57,997 nucleotides of DNA, from assembly GCA_032718475.1 (NCBI GenBank), contig JAUCBJ010007595.1:1-57997 (forward strand), read 5' to 3'. The notes under the pieces were generated by a model that saw nothing but the letters and a program-made list of their open reading frames with translations, ran no database searches and was not told the DNA's origin. This DNA comes from Nemertoderma westbladi. Lineage: Eukaryota; Animalia; Xenacoelomorpha. A program made the position numbers and the translations under genes. Position 1 is the first letter of the stretch. The number at the start of each line of letters is the position of its first letter. Of the stretch, positions 48,101 through 57,997 are shown piece by piece.

Positions 48101-51100
48101 TTTTGTTTGGCGGCTAAGTATAATTGCGGGGAAATTGTCCGAGGGGAAATATTCCTGGGAGCAATTGTCCTGCGGCAGGCAATTGTCCGGGGGCAATTGT
48201 CCGGGTTGCCGATCTTCATCACGTCGTCCAGTGCACTGCAACATTTCGGAAACGTCAATCCTCCATGCAAATGCTGGGACGGATCCAAAGCCCACTGGAT
48301 AAACTTGAGAATAACTCTAACCCCCAGCCCCCCGAGCACACGCATCCCTTGTTGGGTGCTATACTAACATTTTTGTTATATATATATTTTTTTAATATTA
48401 ATACATATTATTTTATTCACTATAGATACTACCACGGATAATTCTGTATCAGCTACCACTACCCAAACGGGTTAGTATACCATCTGTTATTGTTTTATGT
48501 TATACAATAAGAAACAAAATGTCGATTAGTGGGCAAATCTCCACTCTATAGAGTTTGCACTATTCGCGCAATGTGGTGATGTATGGACATAACCTACTAT
48601 AGATACGACCCGCCAAGCTGCTTTAGTGGGCCAGTTATTTCTCTTAGATAAAACCCCTGAAACAATACGTCTAGTGCGTCGAAAGTACTTGTCCCTAACT
48701 AAAATTATGTCCTCTTTCAGATGAGACAAATAAAAATTTAATAGCTCCAGTAGTTTTCGAGATATGAGGAGTACATGGCACCCATACCATATCAGCACTT
48801 TTCGGAATTGATAAAATTACTCAAAATACATCACCCTTCAAGACGTTGGTATTGCCATTAACCCTTTCGGTACGGATTCTACATGAATGTTTAGCCCCCA
48901 GGACCTGAATAAATTTGAGCAAAACCAAATTTTTTAATTTGTTAAATAATAATGTCGTAATAAGTATAACTACATACTTTACATTTTCATCCCTAGGGGT
49001 TTTCCTGGTCGCTGATTTCATTTCTGATGTCAGTTTTTACGACTGACCAACTCTAAGATGTCTGTGTCTGTATGTATGTCTGTTTGTCTGTCAGTCTGTC
49101 AATAAATAAGGAAGCATACTATGTAATAAAAAAATTCGCCAGGGGGGTTTTCCAGGTCTCTGATTTCATTTCTGATGTCAGTTTTTAGGACTGACCAACT
49201 CTAGGCTATCTTTGTCTGTATGTATGTCTGTTTTTAGGACTGACCAACTCTAGGCTATCTTTGTCTGTATGTATTTCTGTTTGTCTGTCTGTCTGTCAAA
49301 AAATAATGAAGCATATTTTGGAATAAAAGCATTCGCCATGGGGGTTTTCCAGGTCGCTGATTTCATTTCTGATGGCAGTATCTACAACTGACCAACACTA
49401 GGATGTATGTACGTCTGTGTCTGTATATGAAAACTAACAGAAATGAAATCAACGCCACACAGGAAAACCTCTTGTGAACGTGCTTTATATATTACATGGT
49501 TTATTCCAATCTTGAACAGACAAACCGACAGACAAACGACAGAGAAACGACAAACCGAGAGACAAATAGACGTACATACAGTCACGCAGTCACGTGAGTC
49601 GAGCAGGCGTGAAAACTGGCATCATAAATGAAATCAACGAACAGGAAAACCTCTGTTGAAAGTAGTGCTATCAACATCAGAGGACATACGTCAGAAATTA
49701 CCTTTCGACTAGTTGCGTGTTATACTAACATTTTTGTTATGTATATTTTTAAATGCTTAATAGTAATACTTATTATTTTATTCATTATAGTTACTACATC
49801 TACCATGGATAATTCTGTATCGGATACCACTACCCATACCCAATCGGGTTAGTATTCCATCTTGTATTGTTTTATGTTATACAAAACTGCTCCTATCTGG
49901 TCAGCTCCACTACTTGAGATACATATCGTTCTAACCTTAGCTGTATAATCAGTAATAATCAGCTTGAGGGATGTTTGCTGACATCAGAATGATGTATTGT
50001 GTTACTATGCAAACTGTCAGATTCTAGTCGGCATCGTTCTGGTAGAGGGATAACAGTTTGCACCAACTGTGAGTGTAGATCGATGGCCGGTCTTGCATTG
50101 CTTGAAATCTGCAAAAATGACTTAAAACTGGACACCAGTTGATTTTTACACAATATAGCTCAGGATTAATTTACCTTTAGACAAACTTATGCTAAGATTT
50201 TTGTTATATTTTTAAATTTTAAGTAGAAACTTTTATTCATTATAGATACTACCATGGATAATTCTGTAGCGACTACCAATACCCATGCGGGTTAGTTTTA
50301 TTCCAACTCGTATTGTTTTATGTTATATAACAAAATGAATGTTCAACCAAAATGACGATTAGTGGGTTTCTTGTTAAAATAAATCGCCACTCTAGAGTTT
50401 GTACTTTTCGGGCAATGTGGTCAGGCCCGTATGGTGATCATAATATCTGGGGGGGCAGAGGCCAAATCTGGGGGGGCAAACCCATAACTGGGATTAGGGG
50501 AGCATACAAAAAAGTGAGAGTTAATTTAGTACATAAAGTAAAATCAATATTGTTGAATGATAGGGGTGTGGGGCGAGCCACGAAGTTGGCGGAGCCTTGG
50601 CGAATTGACACTGTTAAGGAGAATGTCAATAGAGGCAAATAGTTTTTGACGTAACTATTTTGACATTAAATAACTTTGTCAGATTTAAAGCTGTCGAATT
50701 GAAAATTTGTAGGCATAAATATGTCCAAAACTTGACATTATTTAGCGACTTTTCACCCCAACAGTTCAACAGTCTCCCGCTAGATGGCTACATATCTATA
50801 CATTAAATGTCCTCCCATTTCTTTGCTTTTAATCCGTTCAACCTGAAACTTGACAGAATTGTACTCGACCATTAGCTGTGTCATTTAAACTTTTTCTGAG
50901 GTCTTAACCCTTCGTTTCTCAAACAGATGATTCCTTTGAGGTCAATTTTGACCTCAGGTAAATGAGAGGGTTGGGGTGGTCCAAAAAAAACGTGTTGTCG
51001 AATTTAAACTCAGTTTGCACATCAGAAGTCATAAAATGAGCCCAAACTTCGATAGATACCAAAATTTTGATTTGGGGATGACAGGAAATATTCCCAGAGG

Positions 51101-54100
51101 TACATGGCCAGTTCCCGCCCTTGGCGCAAGTGAGTCATATTCCCAATTTTTGTGATGATCAACTTCTATTATTCCTACTGCATTGATATTTATGCTCAAT
51201 AGAACCGCAATGACAGATTTAGATCGTGTAGACACCTTCAATACAAGCATAGAGCGAATAGTTTTTGAGATATTGCAGATATTCTGAAGTCCGGCACAAA
51301 TCAAAATTAGCGCCTTGATGCGATATTGACAAATACCGGACAAATATCTTAAAACCTATTCGCTCTATGCTTGTTTTGAAGGTGTCTACAACAACTAAAT
51401 CGGTCATTGCGGTTCTAAATGAGCATAATATCAATGCAGTAGGAATACTAGAAGTTGATCATCACAAAAATGGGGAATATGACTCACTTGTGCCAAGGGC
51501 GGGAACTGGCCATGTGCCTGTGGGAATATTTTCTGTCATCCCCAAATCCAAATTTTGGTATCTACAGTACATATCTAAGTTTGGGCCCATTTGATGACAT
51601 CTGATTTGCGAACTGAGTTGAAATTCAAAAAAAGTTCCTTGTTGATATTGATAATGGTACAGGTACAAAACACGATGTGGTGAAATTTGACCTCAATGTC
51701 AATATGTGTAGGCCCCTATAAATTGTAAAATTGAATAGACCCCCTTGCAGATTTTTACATTTTTGTTTTTCTAATTGAGAAGTACTATAAAATAATAAAT
51801 GTCACAAAATTTCGAGATAAAATATCAATGTGTGATAAAATTGTGTAAGTTTAAATCTTCGATGGGTCAAAAATGACCACAAAGAGAGCACAAGGGTTAA
51901 ATCGACTGCAGTTCTTAAGCCTGCCTCTAGCCTCTAGTCGGCATCTTTCTGGTAGAGGAATTACGGTTTGCACCACCTGAGTGTAGATCGATGCCCGGTC
52001 TTCTTCAACCGTTGCGTTGCCTGAAATCTGCAAAAATGACTTAAAACTGGACACCAGTTGATTTTTACACAATATAGCTCAGGATTAAATTACCTTTAGA
52101 CAAACTAATGACAAGTTATGCTAAGATTTTTGTTATATTTTTAAATTTTAAGTAGAAACTTTTATTCATTATAGATACTACCATGGATAATTCTGTAGCG
52201 ACTACCAATACCCATGCGGGTTAGTTTTATTCCAACTCGTATTGTTTTATGTTATATAACAAAATGAATGTTCAACCAAAATGACGATTAGTGGGTTTCT
52301 TGTTAAAAAAAATCACCAATCTAGAGTTTGTACTTTTCGCGCAAGGTGGTGATGTGTGAACATTTTTATGGAACTAGGACAATTGTCCCCCGGACAATTG
52401 CCCCCCGAACCATACCCCACGGACCATTGCCCCCGGACCATTGCCGCCGGACCATTGCCCCCGGACAATTGCCTCCCAAGGACAATTGGCCCCCGGACAT
52501 TTTACCCCCAGACAATTGCCCTCCGGACAATTTCACCCGACAATTGCCCCTCCGGACAATGGCCCCTGGATATTTGCTCCCCGGTCAATTATCCCCAATA
52601 TTTTATTTAATGAATATATTTTTAATTATTAATTTTTTTTAAATAATTATAAATATTTATTAATTTAATTATTTTAACTATTAATTTTTAATTCTGAAGC
52701 AATTACAACTGCTCACATACAGCAACAATCAAGACTTACCTGGCAAACTGTAAATGAGGTATCTGGTCGGAAAAGTTGTGCAAAGGGGCGCCTCAAAGCC
52801 GATAGTCCTGAAGAACGTGTTGGGAAGTGGAAAAATCACTTCAGCAAATTGCTTGGGCAGCCACCAAACATCGAGGTCAGCCCTACAAGGAAAATATATG
52901 ACAAGACACTACCTATAGAAACAGGGGACTTCACAACTGCCGAACTCCAAAGAAGCATTAAAAGCATGTCCAATAATAAAGCGAGTGGATTAGATGAAAT
53001 CCCAGCGGAGGTATGGAAAACCGGAGTGCTAAACAGACCATTATTGAATGTTTGCAACCGGATGTTAAAAGGGGAAAAGCCACCACCAATTTGGACTAAA
53101 GGTCAACTAAAGCCTCTCCCCAAGAAAGGAGACCTCGGCATACCAACAAAATATCGTGGGATCTGTCTGCTTGTGGTAGCTGCCAAAATATACAATAAAA
53201 TGATTCTATATAGGATTAGGCCTCACATAGAGAAACTACTGCGTAAGAGCCAAAACGGATTTCGACCAAGTAGATCAACAATAGCTCAGATACTTGCACT
53301 ACGGAGACTGATTGAAGAAACTCCCAAAGAATCTCAAAATATCTCCCAAAAATGAATCTAATGTCAAAGAATCTCCCCGCTGTCATGACTTTTGTGGACT
53401 TCGAGAAGGCATTCGACTCCATCCATAGAGGTAAAATGCTTGAAATCCTAAGAGCTTATGGAATACCAGAAGTAATTGTTGCTGGCATTGGATTGTTATA
53501 TTGTGACACAGAAGCGCAGGTACTCTCACCAGATGGTGAAACTGAGTTTTTCTCAATCCTGGCTGGCGTACTGCAAGGTGACACATTAGCACCATTACTA
53601 TTTGTAATTGTGCTGGATTACGCAATGAGGACGGCCACAAAGGGTGAAGACCTGGGATTCACACTTCAAGAACACAGAAGTAGTAGATATCCGGCAACTA
53701 CAGTCACAGACACCGACTTTGCGGATGACATCGTCCTGCTCTCTAATACCCTAGCAGATGCACAGCTTCTACTAAATAAAGTGGAGAGGGCTGCTAAGGA
53801 AGTTGGATTGCATATAAATGCTATAAAGACCGAATTCATGACCTTTAATGTTGATGGAAACTTGACAACCATTGATAATAATCAACTAAGGAAGGTCGAT
53901 GACTTCCAGTACCTTGGATCATGGATAGAGAGTAGCAAAAAGGACATAGAAGTTAGGAAAGCAAAGGCTTGGGTAGCTCTATCAAAAATGGATACCATCT
54001 GGAAATCAGATCTCTCCAGGCACCTGAAGACTAAGTTCTTTCGAGCAACAGTGGAAAGTGTATTTTTATATGGGGGTGAGACCTGGACACTGACTAAATC

Positions 54101-56945
54101 ACTTGAACAACGAATTGATGGTTGCTACACAAGACTACTAAGGGCAGCCCTAAACATGAGCTGGAGACAACACATGACAAACGCCGAGCTTTATGGTACA
54201 ATACCACCTGTATCAACCACCCTCCGTGAACGCAGATTAAGATTCAGTGGGCACTGCTGGCGAAGTAAAGACGAGGTCATACCAGATCTACTTTTCTGGC
54301 AACCAACTCATGGAAAGCGTAGTCGTGGACGACCGGCCATAACATATATAGATCAACTTGAAAGGGATACTGAACTTAGGAGAAACGAAATTGCGACAAC
54401 TATGGAGAATCGGGAAGCCTGGAAGGATCTCATTTCCACTGTCCGAGTTCGCTCTACCTAGTAGTAGTAGTAAACACTTCTAAACTATAATTTTTTTGAT
54501 TTTCTCGAAAAATCCAAGATTTTTTCTCTAACAATTTAATTTAATCACCATTTCTAAACTTTTAATTTTATGTGTTTTTCAAAGTATGCACGATTTAAAT
54601 TTGATTGTCTTTATGCTAGCTATAGTTTTTTATGACATAATTTATTTTTATTGTAATTAATTACTTCAATTGGAAAATATCGAAATTATTGAGCACATAA
54701 ATAAGCAAACATTGATGTTTTATTAAATATAAATCGGACTTAGCTATATAAAATTATTGTTTAATGTTGTAAGGAAGACTAAATTGCTGTGATGAACGAC
54801 CTTATTTATTTTGCAATTTTCCTTGGGGCCAATTTTTTGTTTGGCGGCTAAGTATAATTGCGGGGAAATTGTCCGAGGGGAAATATTCCTGGGAGCAATT
54901 GTCCTGCCGCAGGCAATTGTCCGGGGGCAATTGTCCGGGTTGCCGATCTTCATCACGTCGTCCAGTGCACTGCAACATTTCGGAAACGTCAATCCTCCAT
55001 GCAAATGCTGGGACGGATCCAAAGCCCACTGGATAAACTTGAGAATAACTCTAACCCCCAGCCCCCCGAGCACACGCATCCCTTGTTGGGTGCTATACTA
55101 ACATTTTTGTTATATATATTTTTTTAAATATTAATACATATTATTTTATTCACTATAGATACTACCACGGATAATTCTGTATCAGCTACCACTACCCAAG
55201 CGGGTTAGTATACCATCTGTTATTGTTTTATGTTATACAATAAGAAACAAAATGTCGATTAGTGGGCAAATCTCCACTCTATAGAGTTTGCACTATTCGC
55301 GCAATGTGTTGATGTATAGACATAACCTACTATAGATACGACCCGCCAAGCTGCTTTAGTGGGTCAGTTATTTCTCTTAGATAAAACCCCTGAAACAATA
55401 CGTCTAGTGCGTCGAAAGTACTTGTCCCTAACTAAAATTATGTCCTCTTTCAGATGAGACAAATAAAAATTGAATAGCTCCAGTAGTTTTCGAGATATGA
55501 GGAGTAGATGGCACCCATACCATATCAGCACTTTTCGGAATTGATAAAATTACTCAAAATACATCACCCTTCAAGACGTTGGTATTGATTGCCATTAACC
55601 CTTTCGGTACGGATTCTACATTAATGTTTAGCCCCCAGGACCTGAATAAATTTGAGCAAAACCAAATTTGTTAAATAATAATGTCGTAATAAGTATAACT
55701 ACATACTTTACATTTTCATCCCTATGGGTTTTCCTGGTCGCTGATTTCATTTCTGATGTCAGTTTTTACGACTGACCAACTCTAAGATGGCTGTGTCTGT
55801 ATGTATGTCTGTTTGTCTGTCAGTATGTAATAAAAAAATTCGCCAGGGGGGTTTTCCAGGTCTCTGATTTCATTTCTGATGTCAGTTTTTAGGACTGACC
55901 AACTCTAGGCTATCTTTGTCTGTATGTATGTCTGTTTGTCTGTCTGTCAAAAAATAATGAAGCATATTTTGTAATAAAGCATTCGCCATGGGGGTTTTCC
56001 AGGTCGCTGATTTCATTTCTAATGGCAGTATCTACAACTGACCAACACTAGGATGTATGTGTCTGTGTCTGTATGTGAAAACTGACAACAGAAATGAAAT
56101 CAACGCCGCACAGGAAAACCTCTTGTGAAAGTGCTTTATATATCACATTGTTTATTCCAATCTTGAACAGACAAACCGACAGACAAACGACAGAGAAACG
56201 ACAAACCGAGAGACAAATAGATGTACATACAGTCACGCAGTCACGTGAGTCGAGCAGGCGTGAAAACTGGCATCAGAAATGAAATCAACGAAAAGGAAAA
56301 CCTCTGTTGAAAGTAGTGCTATCAACATCAGAGGACATACGTCAGAAATTACCTTTCGACTAGTTGCGTGTTATACTAACATTTTTGTTATTGTATATTT
56401 TTAAATGTTTAATAGTAATACTTATTATTTTATTCATTATAGTTACTACGTCTACCATGGATAATTCTGTATCGGATACCACTACCCATACCCAATCGGG
56501 TTAGTATTCCATCTCGTATTGTTTTATGTTATACAAAACTGCTCCTATCTGGTCAGCTCCACTTATACTTGAGATACATATCGTTCTAACCTTAGCTGTA
56601 TAATCAGTAATAATCAGCTTGAGGGATGTTTGCTGACATCAGAATGATGTATTGTGTTACTATGCAAACTGTCAGATTCTAGTCAGCATCGTTCTGGTAG
56701 AGGGATAACAGTTTGCACCAACTGTGAGTGTAGATCGATGGCCGGTCTTGCATTGCTTGAAATCTGCAAAAATGACTTAAAACTGGACACCAGTTGATTT
56801 TTACACAATATAGCTCAGGATTAATTTACCTTTAGACAAACTTATGCTAAGATTTTTGTTATATTTTTAAATTTTAAGTAGAAACTTTTATTCATTATAG
56901 ATACTACCATGGATAATTCTGTAGCGACTACCAATACCCATGCGG
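27002..56945 (+). CDS. Putative secreted mucin-like Thr/Ser-rich protein, multi-exon, 3' end beyond the window
   Basis: 18 phase 1-1 exons, each bounded by ...tag| and |gttagt: 29268-29324, 30734-30778, 31900-31956, 32368-32412, 33598-33654, 34788-34832, 40029-40073, 41934-41990, 42398-42442, 44503-44559, 44988-45032, 48426-48470, 49791-49847, 50246-50290, 52175-52219, 55159-55203, 56443-56499, 56901-56945. All are 45 or 57 nt and stop-free (VTTSTMDNSVSDTTTHTQS / DTTMDNSVPTTNTHA / DTTTDNSVSATTTQT). Confidence 0.75.
28404..29218. mobile_element. MITE with long internal palindrome
   Basis: Absent from paralogous intron copies (TTGTATATTTTTAAA, e.g. 56391). TATA/TA duplication, imperfect TIR with a CTTAATACAAC core, and inverted arms at 28459-28743 / 28791-29075. 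Confidence 0.7.
29492..29735. mobile_element. Short insertion with a 13-bp TSD and ~60-bp perfect inverted repeat, probably a truncated non-LTR retroelement
   Basis: GACATCAGAATGA duplicated at 29479-29491 and 29736-29748; inverted arms span 29490-29691. Confidence 0.65.
33951..34653. mobile_element. Non-autonomous Kolobok-like DNA transposon
   Basis: TTAA TSD, TIR GGGGGGTACACCATTTT, empty site GACTTAAAACTGG in other copies. GG...CC termini with TTAA fit Kolobok rather than piggyBac. Confidence 0.75.
35876..39338 (+). mobile_element. Full-length RTE-clade LINE, disabled
   Basis: TSD TAAACACTTCTA (35864-75 / 39339-50), ~0.5-kb 5' UTR, APE+RT ORF, and a (TAG)4 tail starting at the stop codon. 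Confidence 0.9.
36392..39329 (+). pseudogene. RTE APE endonuclease-reverse transcriptase ORF
   Basis: IATMNART, CIQEHR, AGDLNA, LDYILI, SDHRIV; YRGICLL, FVDFKKAFDSI, GVLQGDTLAP, FADDI, FQYLGS. Broken by TAA at 37877-79 and a 23-bp deletion near 39030. Confidence 0.9.
40375..40961 (+). mobile_element. Solo LTR related to the BEL/Pao element at 1-14177
   Basis: TGTTAGC...GATCCCGTCACA, 5-bp TSD AGGAG, empty site in the other repeat copies; shares blocks such as TAAGCAATATTGGGA with the BEL LTR. Confidence 0.9.
42897..43779. mobile_element. Kolobok-like element, left end deleted
   Basis: Ends TAC-poly(C)-TTAA and shares the subterminal GCGGTTTTCAGATTT motif; ~30 bp of left flank is missing compared with other copies. 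Confidence 0.6.
46378..48044. mobile_element. Non-autonomous Kolobok-like DNA transposon
   Basis: TTAA TSD, TIR poly(G)-TATAGTAATTTT; absent from the other copies. Confidence 0.75.
50422..51932. mobile_element. Composite DNA-transposon-derived insertion (hAT-like left end; nested piggyBac-like MITE ~50908-51896)
   Basis: Starts CAGGCCCGTA; contains TTAA-CCCTT...AAGGG-TTAA and a long palindrome at ~51000-51627; replaces ~1.3 kb of the repeat unit. Confidence 0.5.
52694..54470 (+). mobile_element. Second RTE copy, 5'-deleted
   Basis: Near-identical to 37623-39338 with the same 3' junction; frameshifting insertion at ~53318-53362. Confidence 0.9.
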
Positions 56946-57997
56946 GTTAGTTTTATTCCAACTCGTATTGTTTTATGTTATATAACAAAATGAATGTACA
57001 ACCAAAATGACGATTAGTGGGATTCTTGTTAAAATAAATCGCCACTCTAGAGTTTGTACTTTTCGGGCAATGTGGTGATGTATGAACTTTTCTATAAGGG
57101 TTTACTGCAACGCTGAATCGAATAGAGCCACTTTCAGAGCCACAAAACGTTGTGGTATGCGAGTTTTCATCAATAATTTAACAATAATTTTCAATTTTGG
57201 TTTTCGGTATGTCAATAGAGGCACCCTATTTATTGTTTAATGTTTTGAGTGTTTCCTATTCGATTCAACATCTCAGTAAACCCTTATAAAAATGACCAAA
57301 TACGAAAATATTAAATTTTAACTTGATTTTCACAATTTACAAATTTAGTGTGCCACGCCCACTTTTCTAGGTACCAAAAATGCCACATCATCGGTCAATT
57401 TAAATGTGTTAAATTTTCTGCCATTCTATTAAGCCTGCCAGAAAACTCCCTCAAACAATGTTAAAATAAAATATTATACATTTTACTGCGAAATATAAAA
57501 TGAAAATATTTATGTGCCGCAATAATATGGTGCCCCAAAAATATCATAGCAGAACATTTTCATGTTTTGGTACCAGTAGTACTCCCTGATTCTCTTAAAA
57601 CCCGCATAAAACCATTAAACGAAATTGCTAAAATTGCTAAAATAAACATTTTGCAATTTGCTTCTCGCAAATTGACACCCTGTGCTTTTCATGAAAATCG
57701 ATATATATGGTTTGTGAAATTTTTAGGTTTTTGGGTTTTATAATTTTCCATGATAGATTTTCCAGATAAATCCCCAATTTTGTAAAATTTTACCTTATCT
57801 TTAAGAAATTATATTGGGTGGACCGTTGTCTGTTGACTGTTGTCTGTCTGTTGACTGTTCTAAGCTAATGAGAGTTGTCAATATCCCTGGAATGCAATTG
57901 GCCAAGAACTGTTCATGTAATTAATTGACTTGACCCTTCATGATGGCATGGGACATATAAAACACACTTCGGTTCAGCAGAGATTTGACATTATCAT

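Larger units (their letters stand above)
29849..57997 (+). repeat. Tandem macro-repeat, ~5.1-kb core, about 4 copies (exon-intron cassette)
   Basis: The marker exon recurs at 30734, 40029, 48426 and 55159; copies are near-identical apart from copy-specific insertions and deletions. Confidence 0.9.

Overview
Eukaryotic, probably invertebrate, genomic DNA in three parts. (1) 1-14177: a young, nearly complete BEL/Pao LTR retrotransposon on the minus strand, with ~99% identical LTRs and a disabled gag-PR-RT-RNase H-integrase ORF of ~2800 codons. In the env position it carries an intact 844-aa extra ORF: a WRN/EXD/Mut-7-like DEDDy 3'-5' exonuclease domain fused to three CCHC zinc knuckles. An array of ~22 small hairpins lies upstream of that ORF. 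The element has no tRNA-type PBS; a 9-nt match between PBS and LTR suggests Tf1-like self-priming. (2) 14178-26900: a four-transmembrane DUF4728/LAPTM-like host gene, an 8.7-kb 29-bp satellite and a decayed LINE endonuclease fragment. (3) 27002 to the window end: what looks like a ~5-kb macro-repeat is best read as a secreted mucin-like host gene not shown by the ORF track. It has a signal-peptide exon and at least 18 symmetric phase-1 micro-exons (45/57 nt) encoding Thr/Ser-rich repeats. Its introns hold two RTE LINE copies, a solo LTR, Kolobok-like TTAA elements and several MITEs. All family and domain calls come from reading motifs by eye; no database search was run.
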